This document shows positions 1-10,085 of a DNA stretch of 64,000 bases, in pieces; the stretch's first letter is position 1, and the number at the start of each line of letters is the position of its first letter. The stretch is taken from the NCBI GenBank assembly GCA_964397485.1, contig CAYNHT010000002.1, positions 73,743 to 137,742 on the forward strand. Reading direction: 5' to 3'. A program made the position numbers and the translations under genes. The stretch comes from an uncultured Muribaculaceae bacterium (GTDB taxonomy: Bacteria; Bacillota_I; Bacilli_A; RF39; UBA660). The notes beneath the pieces are model-generated. The model worked only from the letters and a program-made list of their open reading frames with translations, was not told the DNA's origin and made no database searches.

Positions 1-140
1 AATAGGTAATAAACAACTTCATCACATATCACCTTATTATCAAAAAACTTAGAAACCACCTTATCAATATTTTTATCGTTAACATATATTTCATCAATTA
101 GACTGTCTATTATATTTATTACTTCATAGTGACTTTTCAT
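1..140 (-). CDS. 5' part of a hypothetical protein running off the window edge (MKSHYEVINIIDSLIDEIYVNDKNIDKVVSKFF...)
   Basis: GGAGGT RBS upstream of ATG at 140; frame open to position 1; overlaps stop of upstream ORF. Confidence 0.6.
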   Translation of the reverse strand, partial: MKSHYEVINIIDSLIDEIYVNDKNIDKVVSKFFDNKVICDEVVYYL

Positions 141-1251
141 TTTTACTACCTCCATACTTTTTATTTTCAATGTCATAAAAAGAATTATATTTTTTTAAAA
201 CCTTAACATATCCTAAGCGTTCTAATTCTTGTCGCCTATTAATTATTTCATTTTCTTTTATCAATTTATTATTGTTAATAAATTCAAACAAAATACAATT
301 TGAAAATCCATCATCATTAATAAACATATTTACTATTTTACTAATATTACTATGATTATTTTCTAAATATCCTATAATTGATTCATATTCTTTATTATTA
401 TTAAGTTTCATTGATTCATATGCATTTATTATAACATAGGCAATCGCTTTATTAAATTCCATCTTTGTATTATATTTTTTTTTAAATAACTCTAGCATTT
501 TTTTCTTTAATTCAATAAATAACGGATCTAATTCTTCGCTCTCTTCTAAATCAATAAATGAAGAAATTTTCGTGTTTTTTTTATTAGAAGGAGAAATCAC
601 TCTAAGATATTCAATTATTTCATACTCAAAATCTGAAAAAATAGAATTTTGTATTTGTTCTAAATCTAAATCATCATATATTTCAAATACATCACTTTTG
701 ATAATCTCTGGCCTTATTATTTCTCCATAACCATTATTATTTATAACAAATAACGGATTCATTGATAGCACAACAAAAGTCTTATGTGTATCTATTACAT
801 TATCAAGACATCTGTTTTTATATAAATGATCTTTTTCGTTATAAATATAAAAATGATTTATAATCGTTTTTATATAATCTTCATTAAACGGATTTTTAAA
901 GAAAAAAAGTAATTTCTTATAAGTCTTATTTAAGCTAAGTTGTTTGAATATTTCTTCTTGATAATCAACACATATTTTTTTATTATTAATTCGATAGTTT
1001 ATATCAACATAAAAGTCTGTACAAAGTATTAATATTAGCATTCCTTTATAGAAAAGAAATTTTTTGTTATCAAGGTTTTCATTTTCTTTAATGAATGGAT
1101 CTAGAAAATGATTTTCACAAGTTGTTAAAAAATCGTAAATTAAATCTATCTTTGATTCATAATCATATTGATATCGATCTAATCCCTCATCAATTTCCTT
1201 CATTATATTTTTTAGGGTTATTGTTAACTCATCATTTTGCATAATAACCAT
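124..1251 (-). CDS. hypothetical protein, 375 aa, possible internal duplication
   Basis: long ORF with GGAGGT RBS and sigmaA-like TTGCTT..TATAAT promoter; no motif recognised. Confidence 0.75.
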   Translation of the reverse strand: MVIMQNDELTITLKNIMKEIDEGLDRYQYDYESKIDLIYDFLTTCENHFLDPFIKENENLDNKKFLFYKGMLILILCTDFYVDINYRINNKKICVDYQEEIFKQLSLNKTYKKLLFFFKNPFNEDYIKTIINHFYIYNEKDHLYKNRCLDNVIDTHKTFVVLSMNPLFVINNNGYGEIIRPEIIKSDVFEIYDDLDLEQIQNSIFSDFEYEIIEYLRVISPSNKKNTKISSFIDLEESEELDPLFIELKKKMLELFKKKYNTKMEFNKAIAYVIINAYESMKLNNNKEYESIIGYLENNHSNISKIVNMFINDDGFSNCILFEFINNNKLIKENEIINRRQELERLGYVKVLKKYNSFYDIENKKYGGSKNEKSL

Positions 1252-1304
1252 GTGATACCTCCAACGTTGTCTTATATTATATAGTTTTTAAAAAAAAAAG
1301 CAAG

Positions 1305-1328
1305 AAAAAAAGTAAGTTTCCTTACTTT
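1305..1328 (-). terminator. intrinsic terminator of typA
   Basis: AAAGTAAG/CTTACTTT stem followed by U-tract on minus strand. Confidence 0.55.
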
Positions 1329-3133
1329 CTGGTATCAAATTTCTTTCTTTCATTGGTATTTAGAATTTTTTTACGCAAACGAATATTGATTGGTGTAACT
1401 TCTACTAACTCATCTGAATTAATATAATCAAGTGCATATTCTAGTGTAATTGGTCGAGGTCTTTTTAATACCGCTGTTTTATCACTACCAGATGCTCGCA
1501 TGTTCGTTAATTGTTTACCTTTAACAACATTTACTGCTAAATCACTATCACGATTACATTCTCCTACAATCATACCCTCATAAACTTCTGTATTAGGTTC
1601 TATAAACATAGTTCCTCTATCTTCTAATTGACCAATTCCATAAGCAGATGCTTTACCATTTTCCATAGAAACTAAAACACCTAATTTTCTTTCACCAATT
1701 ATCATATTCTCATATGGTAAATACTCTTTGAAAGTATGATTAATAATTCCATATCCCTTAGTTATAGTCATAAAATCGGTCATAAAACCAATCAATCCCC
1801 TAGATGGAATAGAATAATTTAATCTAACTTGGTTTCCGAAGTTAGTCATATTTTCCATTGTTGCACCACGAATACCTAGTTGCTCGATAACATTACCAAC
1901 ACTTTCCTCAGGTAGTTCAATTTGTAATGACTCATATGGTTCATATTTAACACCATCTATTTCTTTAATAATAACGATTGGTTTTGAAACTTGTAACTCA
2001 TATCCTTCACGTCGCATATTTTCAATTAATATTGACAAATGTAACTCTCCCCGACCTGATACAATCCATGATTCAGAATCATTAGATACAACTTTCAAAC
2101 TAACATCTTTTTCAGTTTCTTTGAATAGTCTTTCTTCGATTTTTCTAGCCGTAATCAACTTACCTTCTTTACCATTAAACGGACTAGTATTAACTCCAAA
2201 AGTCATTTGTAATGTTGGTTCGTCTATTCTAAGTACAGGTAGAGCTTCCTCTTTCCCTATATTACATACTGTCTCACCTACACTAATGTCTGGTAAGCCT
2301 GCAATAGCAACAATATCACCAGCACTAGCTTCAGTTATTTCAACTCTTTTTAAACCAATATATCCAAACATTTTTTGGATTCTAAATTGTTTAATAGTTC
2401 CATCTAATCTAACACATGAAACCATTTCATTTACTTTCATTTTTCCTCGTCTAATAAGACCGATACCAATTCTTCCAACGTAATCATTATAATCTAATAA
2501 AGCTGGTTGAAATTGTAAAGTTCCATCAACATCTACATTAGGTGCTGGAATATAACTTACAATTGTATCTAAAATAGGATTCATTGTTGGTTTTTGAGTT
2601 TCTAATTCTGGATGTAAACTAGATGTTCCAACTAAACCTGATGCATAAATAACAGGGAAATCTAATTGATCTATATCTGCACCTAATTCAATAAATAAAT
2701 CAATTACTTCATCTACTACTTCTTTTGGTCTAGCTGTTGGTTTATCTATTTTATTAACTACTACTATTGGTATAACACCAGCTTCCAATGCTTTTTTCAA
2801 TACAAACCTAGTTTGTGGCATCGTCCCTTCATAGGCATCAACAACTAGTAGTACACCATCTACCATGTTCATAATACGTTCAACTTCTCCACCAAAGTCA
2901 GCATGACCCGGGGTATCTAAAATATTGATTCGATATCCATCATAATTAATGGCTGTTGTTTTAGCTAAAATCGTGATTCCGCGCTCTCTTTCTAAAGCAT
3001 TTGAATCCATAGCTCTTTCTTGAACTTCTTCGTTATCTCTAAAAGTTCCTGACATTTGCAATAATTTATCAACTAATGTTGTTTTACCATGGTCAACATG
3101 GGCTATAATTGCAATATTTCTTTTATTATTCAT
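1322..3133 (-). CDS. typA: translational GTPase TypA/BipA
   Basis: IAHVDHGKTT, ERERGITI, DTPGHADFGGEVER, GRGELHL and C-terminal VEVTP..IRLRK motifs. Confidence 0.97.
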   Translation of the reverse strand: MNNKRNIAIIAHVDHGKTTLVDKLLQMSGTFRDNEEVQERAMDSNALERERGITILAKTTAINYDGYRINILDTPGHADFGGEVERIMNMVDGVLLVVDAYEGTMPQTRFVLKKALEAGVIPIVVVNKIDKPTARPKEVVDEVIDLFIELGADIDQLDFPVIYASGLVGTSSLHPELETQKPTMNPILDTIVSYIPAPNVDVDGTLQFQPALLDYNDYVGRIGIGLIRRGKMKVNEMVSCVRLDGTIKQFRIQKMFGYIGLKRVEITEASAGDIVAIAGLPDISVGETVCNIGKEEALPVLRIDEPTLQMTFGVNTSPFNGKEGKLITARKIEERLFKETEKDVSLKVVSNDSESWIVSGRGELHLSILIENMRREGYELQVSKPIVIIKEIDGVKYEPYESLQIELPEESVGNVIEQLGIRGATMENMTNFGNQVRLNYSIPSRGLIGFMTDFMTITKGYGIINHTFKEYLPYENMIIGERKLGVLVSMENGKASAYGIGQLEDRGTMFIEPNTEVYEGMIVGECNRDSDLAVNVVKGKQLTNMRASGSDKTAVLKRPRPITLEYALDYINSDELVEVTPINIRLRKKILNTNERKKFDTRK

Positions 3134-3230
3134 AAATACACTTCCTCTAACTGCGCTATTATATCATATATTTAGGTTGCGTGTAAAGAAAAATTATATA
3201 CAATGTTTTTATATTAAAAATACGAAAATT

Positions 3231-3908
3231 TTATAAATTTTCGTATCCTTTAAGAATTACCTTATATTGTTTCTTACTTTCCTTAATCCACTTTTTATAG
3301 CTCTTCGAAGAAGGTTGATATGCAAAAAAGTCGTAATGTCCATTTGTCTTGACATTTATACTAATAATAAAATCATACGAATTATTATTTAAATCCTTAT
3401 AAATACATAAAATACGGTTATGATCTTCTTTTATAAGTTCACCATCATTTTCAACAAAACTTATTATCCTAGCCTGCATATTCTTCTCTTCAGATGAAGC
3501 AATGTCATACGTTGTAAACAGTTTTTGATTTTTTTCTTTATTACTTTCTTGGGTTCCGTGAATTTGATTACCCGTTAGTAAATCATAAAATCTTATATTG
3601 GTTGCGACTCCATAACCTATATTTTTAAGAATTAGGTTAACTGCTATATCACTATCATTTTTAATTTTTTTTATATCTTCAATATCTATAAAATGATTAA
3701 TTTCTTTATAATTTCTTCCCAATAAAGTCAAATAGTAACTATATATATCTATTTTAGGAATAGTATCAACCTTTTTTAACACTAAATAAGGCTGATGATT
3801 TTCCCTGTTTTGGTTTTTCAAACGCATATTTACTGTATAAATAGTTGCGAAAACAGGAATAGCAATAGATAATATAGGAAGAAAAATGTTAAACCATAAA
3901 TTATCCAT
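3231..3908 (-). CDS. hypothetical protein with N-terminal membrane anchor
   Basis: hydrophobic residues 4-27 then soluble domain; AGGTGA RBS overlaps upstream stop. Confidence 0.75.
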   Translation of the reverse strand: MDNLWFNIFLPILSIAIPVFATIYTVNMRLKNQNRENHQPYLVLKKVDTIPKIDIYSYYLTLLGRNYKEINHFIDIEDIKKIKNDSDIAVNLILKNIGYGVATNIRFYDLLTGNQIHGTQESNKEKNQKLFTTYDIASSEEKNMQARIISFVENDGELIKEDHNRILCIYKDLNNNSYDFIISINVKTNGHYDFFAYQPSSKSYKKWIKESKKQYKVILKGYENL

Positions 3909-3915
3909 AAATCAC

Positions 3916-4350
3916 CTACCTAAAATATTTTTTTAAAATATGATCCATTGTTATTTTAATATCTGGAAATACGGGGATATTTTCTAAATCATTTCTAGAA
4001 AACCATCCAATATCATTACTTTCATCTGTATTCAATATTAAATCATAATTGTTGATAGGAATAGCAACATATGTTATATCTATATGCATATCCCCTTTTA
4101 AATTTCTATTACATTGTATTCCTAACGGTCTTATAAAATCATCTTCTCGAGGAAATCTTTCGCCTAAAAGTCTAACTTTTATTCCCGTTTCCTCATAAAC
4201 TTCCCTAACCGCTGTTTCCTCTGGTGTTTCATTATCTTCAATGTGACCACCTGGCTGAACCCATTTATTGAATTTCTTATGATGAACTAATAATATTTTT
4301 TTTGTCATTGGATCAATTACAAAAATTGATGCACAAAAATGTCTTGTCAT
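3916..4350 (-). CDS. NUDIX hydrolase
   Basis: Nudix box GGHIEDNETPEETAVREVYEETG. Confidence 0.92.
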   Translation of the reverse strand: MTRHFCASIFVIDPMTKKILLVHHKKFNKWVQPGGHIEDNETPEETAVREVYEETGIKVRLLGERFPREDDFIRPLGIQCNRNLKGDMHIDITYVAIPINNYDLILNTDESNDIGWFSRNDLENIPVFPDIKITMDHILKKYFR

Positions 4351-4393
4351 ATCTTACCACCTATATAAGTATAACAAAAAAATAAACGACTGT

Positions 4394-5131
4394 CTATTCT
4401 AAAACATCGTTTATCTTTTCGTTGTCGTTTTTTTCGTAAACAATTACCTTGTCATTTAAGTCTAAAGTGGCTAGAAAAACCTCTTTTATATTACTATATC
4501 CCTGGACTTTTAATTGTTGTATAAGCCAATCTTTATCTTTATTCATATTAAGAAGATTTTTTTTCATTAACTTACCATCTATTACTACATTTGCACATAG
4601 CCCCTGTTTTTCTACTTTTAAATTCATATCTTTGATTGTCAATGGTTTATATTCACCTTTAGGTAATATACTGATTTTACCATTTGCTTCCATCAAAGCA
4701 TACTCTATTTCACTAATATCAAAATAACCACTCCCACGACATTCTTCTAACAGATCATTTATATCAAATTTTATTTTTTTTAAATTTTTCTTCATGAGTT
4801 TACCATTTTGAATAACAATTGTTGGTACACCCATAAAATATCTTCTTAAAAAGATACTCTTCATTGTTAGTATATCAACCATGTAAGCTACACCACCAAA
4901 TATTAAAACAGCAATTATTCCGTTTATTTCTTGAGAATCTAAATTAATTGTCATTTCAGCTGCGAAATTTCCTATTGATATACCTATAACATAATCAAAC
5001 AAACTAAGTTGTGATACTTGTTTTTTTCCAAGCATTTTTGTAACTAAGAATAGGGTTAATAATGATAAAATACTTCTTAAAACAACATCATTTACTTCTG
5101 ACCAGTTTATATTTAATAAATTTTCAAACAT
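4394..5131 (-). CDS. DUF421/YetF-family membrane protein
   Basis: LGKKQVSQLSLFDYVIGISIG and ALMEANGKISILPK signatures; start moved to ATG 5131 (GGTGA RBS). Confidence 0.9.
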   Translation of the reverse strand: MFENLLNINWSEVNDVVLRSILSLLTLFLVTKMLGKKQVSQLSLFDYVIGISIGNFAAEMTINLDSQEINGIIAVLIFGGVAYMVDILTMKSIFLRRYFMGVPTIVIQNGKLMKKNLKKIKFDINDLLEECRGSGYFDISEIEYALMEANGKISILPKGEYKPLTIKDMNLKVEKQGLCANVVIDGKLMKKNLLNMNKDKDWLIQQLKVQGYSNIKEVFLATLDLNDKVIVYEKNDNEKINDVLE

Positions 5132-5146
5132 AGTATCACCATAATT

Positions 5147-5175
5147 ATTATTAGTAAAACAGTTTGTTTTATACA
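5147..5175 (-). promoter_or_regulatory. putative forespore (sigmaF/sigmaG) promoter of the DUF421 gene
   Basis: GTATA-N15-CTAATAATA; upstream 15-mer identical to that of spoIIR. Confidence 0.5.
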
Positions 5176-5197
5176 AAAAGAATGCTTTCGCATTCTT

Positions 5198-6274
5198 TTA
5201 GATATTTTTCTTTTTTAAAAATTTACTTTTAAATTTGTTTTTTACATTATCATGGTCTACTACAACATTTGTCTTTAATACAAACAATACCACGATAAAA
5301 AGTAACAATCCATATATTATATAGCCTAGTAATGCATCTTTTAAAACGTATACAATTGACGCAAATGCAAATAGTATATTAATTAGATAAATTATTAAAA
5401 CTGTGGATCTTTGATTAAAATTACGATTTAATAATTGATGATGGATATGAAACTTATCTGGTGATGAAACACTTTCACCTTTTATTAATCTTCTTATAAT
5501 AGCAAATATTGTATCAAGTATTGGGATTGCTAAAATAAGTAGAGGAATTATTAAAGATGACATAGTTACATTTTTAAATCCTAATAACGCTATAACAGAA
5601 ATGATAAAACCTAAAAACATAGAACCACTATCACCCATAAATATACTAGCTGGATTAAAATTATGAACTAAAAAACCTAATGTAGAACCTAACATTATAT
5701 AAGTTAGAACAAAATCTAAACCTAATTTTCCTTGAATAGTACATATTACACCAATAGTTAAAAAATATATAGAGCTAATTCCACCAGCAAGGCCATCTAG
5801 ACCATCAATTAAGTTCATACAGTTAATACAACCTAATATAAAGAAAATCGTTATAACGTACGATAAAATGCCAAAATCTATATATAGACCAAATGCACTT
5901 ATATCTTTTAATAAAATATTACCATAAAAAACCACAATGCACGCAGCTGTTATTTGCCCTATAAATTTTGTAGATGCTTTCAATGGTTTGATGTCATCTA
6001 CAACACCTGTTAAGACAATTATGAAACTTCCAATTAGAATTGAATTCATAATTGAGCTTGGAGATCCATAAATCATATACCCAAGAAGAAAACCAAGAAA
6101 AATTCCCAAACCACCTAATCTAGGCATCAGTTTTTTATGAACTTTTCTTTCATTTGGTATATCAACTGCACCTATATGAAGTGCAACTTTTTTTATAAAT
6201 GGTATTAAAAAAGCAACAAAAAGAAATGTTGTAAATACCATTAAAAATATTTTTATAATTAATTCGTTATCCAC
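5198..6274 (-). CDS. tagO: undecaprenyl-phosphate GlcNAc-1-phosphate transferase (TagO/WecA/MraY family)
   Basis: ERKVH..PRLGG, GVVDD, NLIDGLDGLAGG, FMGDSGS, PDKFHIHH; likely GTG start at 6274. Confidence 0.88.
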   Translation of the reverse strand: MDNELIIKIFLMVFTTFLFVAFLIPFIKKVALHIGAVDIPNERKVHKKLMPRLGGLGIFLGFLLGYMIYGSPSSIMNSILIGSFIIVLTGVVDDIKPLKASTKFIGQITAACIVVFYGNILLKDISAFGLYIDFGILSYVITIFFILGCINCMNLIDGLDGLAGGISSIYFLTIGVICTIQGKLGLDFVLTYIMLGSTLGFLVHNFNPASIFMGDSGSMFLGFIISVIALLGFKNVTMSSLIIPLLILAIPILDTIFAIIRRLIKGESVSSPDKFHIHHQLLNRNFNQRSTVLIIYLINILFAFASIVYVLKDALLGYIIYGLLLFIVVLFVLKTNVVVDHDNVKNKFKSKFLKKKNI

Positions 6275-6355
6275 ATTGATCACCTAATATCAATTCTATC
6301 AAAATTATATGTATAAGTCTATTTATTTTTTTGTTATCTACATTAACAACGACAA

Positions 6356-6384
6356 ATAAAAAGTGTGAACATTAATTCACACTT
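6356..6384 (-). terminator. intrinsic terminator of mbl
   Basis: AAGTGTGAA/TTCACACTT stem with U-rich tail. Confidence 0.6.
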
Positions 6385-7374
6385 CTATTTATCTATTAAA
6401 TGTAGATTGTCTAACAGAATGCCTGTCCCCTCTGCAACACATGTAAGTGGGCTTTCTGCCACAAATACAGGTACTTTTAATTCATGAGCCAATAACTGAT
6501 CGAATCCATCAATTAAAGCTCCACCTCCGGTAATTACAATACCTTTATCAATTATGTCTGCTGATAATTCTGGAGGAGTCTGTTCAAGCACACTTTTAGC
6601 CGTGTGAACAATTATATAAACGCTTTCTCTTAATGATTCCTCAACTTCTTCAGAACACAAAGTTATTGTATGAGGAAGTCCAGTTACTAAATCTCGACCC
6701 CTAACTTCCATTTTTTCTTTTTTTGTTCCTTGAAAAACTGTTCCTATAGTTATTTTTATTTCTTCAGCAGTACGATCACCAATTAATAACTTATATTTAT
6801 CTTTGATATATTTCATTATATCGGCATCAAATACGTTTCCTGCCACTTTAATTGAAGAACTTGTAACTATACCACCTAGTGAAAGAATAGCTATATCTGT
6901 TGTTCCCCCTCCAATATCAATTACCATATTACCACTTGGTTTTGATATATCCATACCAGCACCAACAGCAGCAACTTTTGGTTCCTCTTCTAGAAAGACT
7001 TTTCTAGCTCCAGTTCGCTCAGCCGCTTCTTTTATTGCATTTTTTTCTACTTGTGTAATGTTAGAAGGACAACAAATTAAAATTCTCGGTCTAGAAAAGA
7101 AACTTTTTCCATTAACTTTTCTAATAAAGTGATTTAGCATTATTTCTGTTATTTCAAAGTCAGCAATTACTCCATCCTTCATAGGTCTTATTGCTTTAAC
7201 CTTACCAGGAGTTCTTCCTAACATTTCTCTAGCCTCTACACCAACAGCTAAAGGTTTTTTAGTATCAGAATCAATTGCTACAACACTTGGTTCATTCAAC
7301 ACTACCCCTTGACCTTTTATGAAAATAAGCACGTTAGCTGTACCCAAATCTATTCCAATATCCTTTGCAAACAT
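6385..7374 (-). CDS. mbl: MreB-like actin Mbl
   Basis: DIGIDLGTAN, DIGGGTTD, ITGGGA; directly downstream of spoIIID as in Bacillus. Confidence 0.92.
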   Translation of the reverse strand: MFAKDIGIDLGTANVLIFIKGQGVVLNEPSVVAIDSDTKKPLAVGVEAREMLGRTPGKVKAIRPMKDGVIADFEITEIMLNHFIRKVNGKSFFSRPRILICCPSNITQVEKNAIKEAAERTGARKVFLEEEPKVAAVGAGMDISKPSGNMVIDIGGGTTDIAILSLGGIVTSSSIKVAGNVFDADIMKYIKDKYKLLIGDRTAEEIKITIGTVFQGTKKEKMEVRGRDLVTGLPHTITLCSEEVEESLRESVYIIVHTAKSVLEQTPPELSADIIDKGIVITGGGALIDGFDQLLAHELKVPVFVAESPLTCVAEGTGILLDNLHLIDK

Positions 7375-7437
7375 ATCATCACCCTCGTTTCTTCATACAC
7401 TATTACAATTATATCATAATATGGTTATTATTGGTAG

Positions 7438-7692
7438 TTAATTGCTCATTTTTAAATACTTTTTTTTGGTCGATTCTCCGCCTCTTAAATGTCTTATATC
7501 GATATGATATTTAAGTATCTTATCCACTTCTATATATAGATTTTTATCTATTTCTAATAGTCTTTCATGCAAATCTTTATGAACTGTACTTTTCGAAACT
7601 TTAAATATAGTTGCTATTTCACGAATGGTTTTTTGAGTTTTTAAAATATAATCTGCCTCACTCAAAACTCTATTAATAATATTTGTACTCAT
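7438..7692 (-). CDS. spoIIID: sporulation transcription regulator SpoIIID
   Basis: TIREIA..FKVSKSTVHKDL.ERL and RHLRGGESTKKKY; spoIIQ-spoIIID-mbl synteny. Confidence 0.95.
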   Translation of the reverse strand: MSTNIINRVLSEADYILKTQKTIREIATIFKVSKSTVHKDLHERLLEIDKNLYIEVDKILKYHIDIRHLRGGESTKKKYLKMSN

Positions 7693-7744
7693 TAGCAACA
7701 CACCCCTTTAATTAATTATATCTATTATGGGTGTTTTTATACCT

Positions 7745-7765
7745 AAAAAGGAGCAACTGCTCCTT
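7745..7765 (-). terminator. intrinsic terminator after spoIIQ
   Basis: AAGGAGCA/TGCTCCTT stem plus U-tract. Confidence 0.6.
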
Positions 7766-8396
7766 ATAAATCACTTACCTTTTTATCATAATAATCCTCA
7801 GGATTTACATTTTGCCCCTTATATATCAATTCGAAGTATAGATGGTCATTTAGATCCTTAGAAATGTTAGACGTTCCACTTTTTCCAATAATATCCCCTT
7901 GTTTAATGATATCGTCTTTTTTGACCACAATTTCACTCAAACTTTGATATACACTAATCATATCATTTGCATGTTTTACTTCAACAATTTTACCTAAAAC
8001 GGCATCTTCTTTAATATCTATTACTGTACCATCTAAAATAGAAACTATATCAAAATTTTCTTTTCCACCATATGCTACACCACTGTTTTGTAAATATGTA
8101 TTTTCATAGTAAATCAATGAATTTTCTTGTTTAGTAGAGTCGGCCTTGTAATCGTAATAATCTTTTAATATCTTTATTTCTTGATCATTAAAAGGCTTCA
8201 TTATAATTGTGCCTACATTAACTACTGGAATATCATCATCAAAGATTGTTTTATTAACATACTCATAATCTTCATCTGGTTCAAAAAGTGATTGCGATAA
8301 GCTTCTTTCAATTAAATAAATACTAGTTAAAAAAGTAAGAGCTGCTAATCCATAAATTGCATAAACAACAGGTTTTTTTAATCTTCTTTTTGTCAT
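7764..8396 (-). CDS. spoIIQ: SpoIIQ-type M23/LytM membrane protein
   Basis: N-terminal TM helix, degenerate LytM motifs (QNSGVAY, YQSL, HLYFE); between spoIID and spoIIID; sigmaF promoter. Confidence 0.88.
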   Translation of the reverse strand: MTKRRLKKPVVYAIYGLAALTFLTSIYLIERSLSQSLFEPDEDYEYVNKTIFDDDIPVVNVGTIIMKPFNDQEIKILKDYYDYKADSTKQENSLIYYENTYLQNSGVAYGGKENFDIVSILDGTVIDIKEDAVLGKIVEVKHANDMISVYQSLSEIVVKKDDIIKQGDIIGKSGTSNISKDLNDHLYFELIYKGQNVNPEDYYDKKVSDL

Positions 8397-8413
8397 TATT
8401 TCACCTCTATTTA

Positions 8414-8443
8414 GAGTGTGAACATTTCTTCTATTTTTTATAC
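8414..8443 (-). promoter_or_regulatory. sigmaF promoter of spoIIQ
   Basis: GTATA-N15-GTTCACACT. Confidence 0.7.
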
Positions 8444-8452
8444 TTTATTTTT

Positions 8453-9373
8453 TTAAATTTTTTTAATTTCAACACCTTGATAATAGTATTTTAAAATCTC
8501 TGTATACTTATACCCATTACGTGCCATTCCTTCTGCTCCATATTGGCTCATTCCTACTCCATGGCCGTATCCGGTTGTCTCAATATAAACAACACTTCCG
8601 CTTTGTGTAATCTTGAAGTAAGTTGATCTCAAACCTAATTTTCCAAAAACATCTCCACCAGTAAATTTTTTCCCATTTATATTTAATTCTTTTATTCTCC
8701 CAGTACTGGTTGTTTTTAAAATTTCAATGCTTACCTTTTCTTTATAAGGTAAATTCAATTTTGTGTAAAAATCACTCAAACTAAATTGGAAGTAATCGTT
8801 GAATACCGGTGAAACTTCCTTATCCCATATAGAATCAACACTTCTTAGATACGGAAGTTTATTTATAAACACATCTTCGCTATTTTCAGTTTTGCCAACA
8901 CTTGTTGAAAAGAAAAATGCTTCTACAACTTGACCATCGTATTCCAAATACTCACCCTTTGTTTCAGCTATTGCTGTTTTAATTTTATTAATTTTTTCAG
9001 TATACGTTTCTTTCCAAACTGCCTTTAAATAATCATCATCTAAATAGACTTGATTCATTACAGTATCGACTACATCATGATCATTATTTTTATTGTATGC
9101 CATTTTTTTCATTACATAACTTCTCGCAGCTACTGCTTGTGCTTTTAATGCTTCTATATCAAAAGAAACAGGCATTTCTCCTGCAAGAACTCCTGTTACA
9201 TATTCTTCAAATGGTACTCTATCAATTTTCCCCGTGTCTTCTCTTTTTACTCTTACAACCATATTAGATACATAATTAAATTTAATTTCATCATCTTTAA
9301 CAAAAAGATTAACAATTATATATGGAATTATTATTATTATTAAAGTAACTGTTAAAATTTTTTTTAAATACAT
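8453..9373 (-). CDS. spoIID: stage II sporulation lytic transglycosylase SpoIID
   Basis: EEYVTGVLAGEMP..F.IEALKAQAVAARSY, GYGHGVGMSQYGA. Confidence 0.95.
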   Translation of the reverse strand: MYLKKILTVTLIIIIIPYIIVNLFVKDDEIKFNYVSNMVVRVKREDTGKIDRVPFEEYVTGVLAGEMPVSFDIEALKAQAVAARSYVMKKMAYNKNNDHDVVDTVMNQVYLDDDYLKAVWKETYTEKINKIKTAIAETKGEYLEYDGQVVEAFFFSTSVGKTENSEDVFINKLPYLRSVDSIWDKEVSPVFNDYFQFSLSDFYTKLNLPYKEKVSIEILKTTSTGRIKELNINGKKFTGGDVFGKLGLRSTYFKITQSGSVVYIETTGYGHGVGMSQYGAEGMARNGYKYTEILKYYYQGVEIKKI

Positions 9374-9440
9374 ATCATCTATCCTTTCGTACTACTATAT
9401 TATGTTTATAAATAACAAAATAAATCATACAAAAGAAATT

Positions 9441-9638
9441 TTAAATAAATCTTGATGTTATAAAAAAATCCGTAAAAAAGTTAACAACTAAATAAGACAA
9501 GCCTATACTAACTATTATATATAGTATGCGAGCTTGATGATACTTATTCTTTTTGAATAAATTATTTATATTTATGCTATCTAAAGCCCATATAGTTAAA
9601 GGAACAACAACGATATATAAAAGAGTTTTAATTTCCAT
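9441..9638 (-). CDS. DUF1146/YwzB-family small membrane protein
   Basis: two TM helices, WAL..IN..LFKKN...QAR motif; position upstream of spoIID. Confidence 0.8.
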   Translation of the reverse strand: MEIKTLLYIVVVPLTIWALDSININNLFKKNKYHQARILYIIVSIGLSYLVVNFFTDFFITSRFI

Positions 9639-10074
9639 TATTATTATAATTATTGATTTTATCGATCCTTAACTGATGTCTTTCAACATTGGAAAAAGGA
9701 GTTTTAATAAAAGCATCAATAATATCTTTCATCTTTATTAAACTCATACTACTGGAAATTGATATAACATTAGCACTATTATGCATTTTCGAAAGTTTTG
9801 CTTCTTTAACGCTATCAACTTTGGCACATCTTATATTTTTAACTTTATTTGCTGCTATACACATTCCAATTCCGGTTCCACATATTAAAATACCTAAATC
9901 AATTTCTCCATCATTAATTTTAGATCCAACAATAAATGCATAATCCGGATAGTCAACGGAATTATCATTATCAGTACCATAATTGATGACAATATGTCCT
10001 TTTTTTTCTAAATATTTTATTAGTTTTATTTTTTGTTTTATACCATGATGATCAGTTGCTATACCTATTTTCAT
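9628..10074 (-). CDS. rpiB: ribose-5-phosphate isomerase B (RpiB/LacA/LacB)
   Basis: IATDH, SVDYPDYA, ILICGTGIG..IAANKV, RH..RI; start at MKIGIA. Confidence 0.92.
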   Translation of the reverse strand: MKIGIATDHHGIKQKIKLIKYLEKKGHIVINYGTDNDNSVDYPDYAFIVGSKINDGEIDLGILICGTGIGMCIAANKVKNIRCAKVDSVKEAKLSKMHNSANVISISSSMSLIKMKDIIDAFIKTPFSNVERHQLRIDKINNYNNNGN

Positions 10075-10085
10075 TGTTTCACTTC

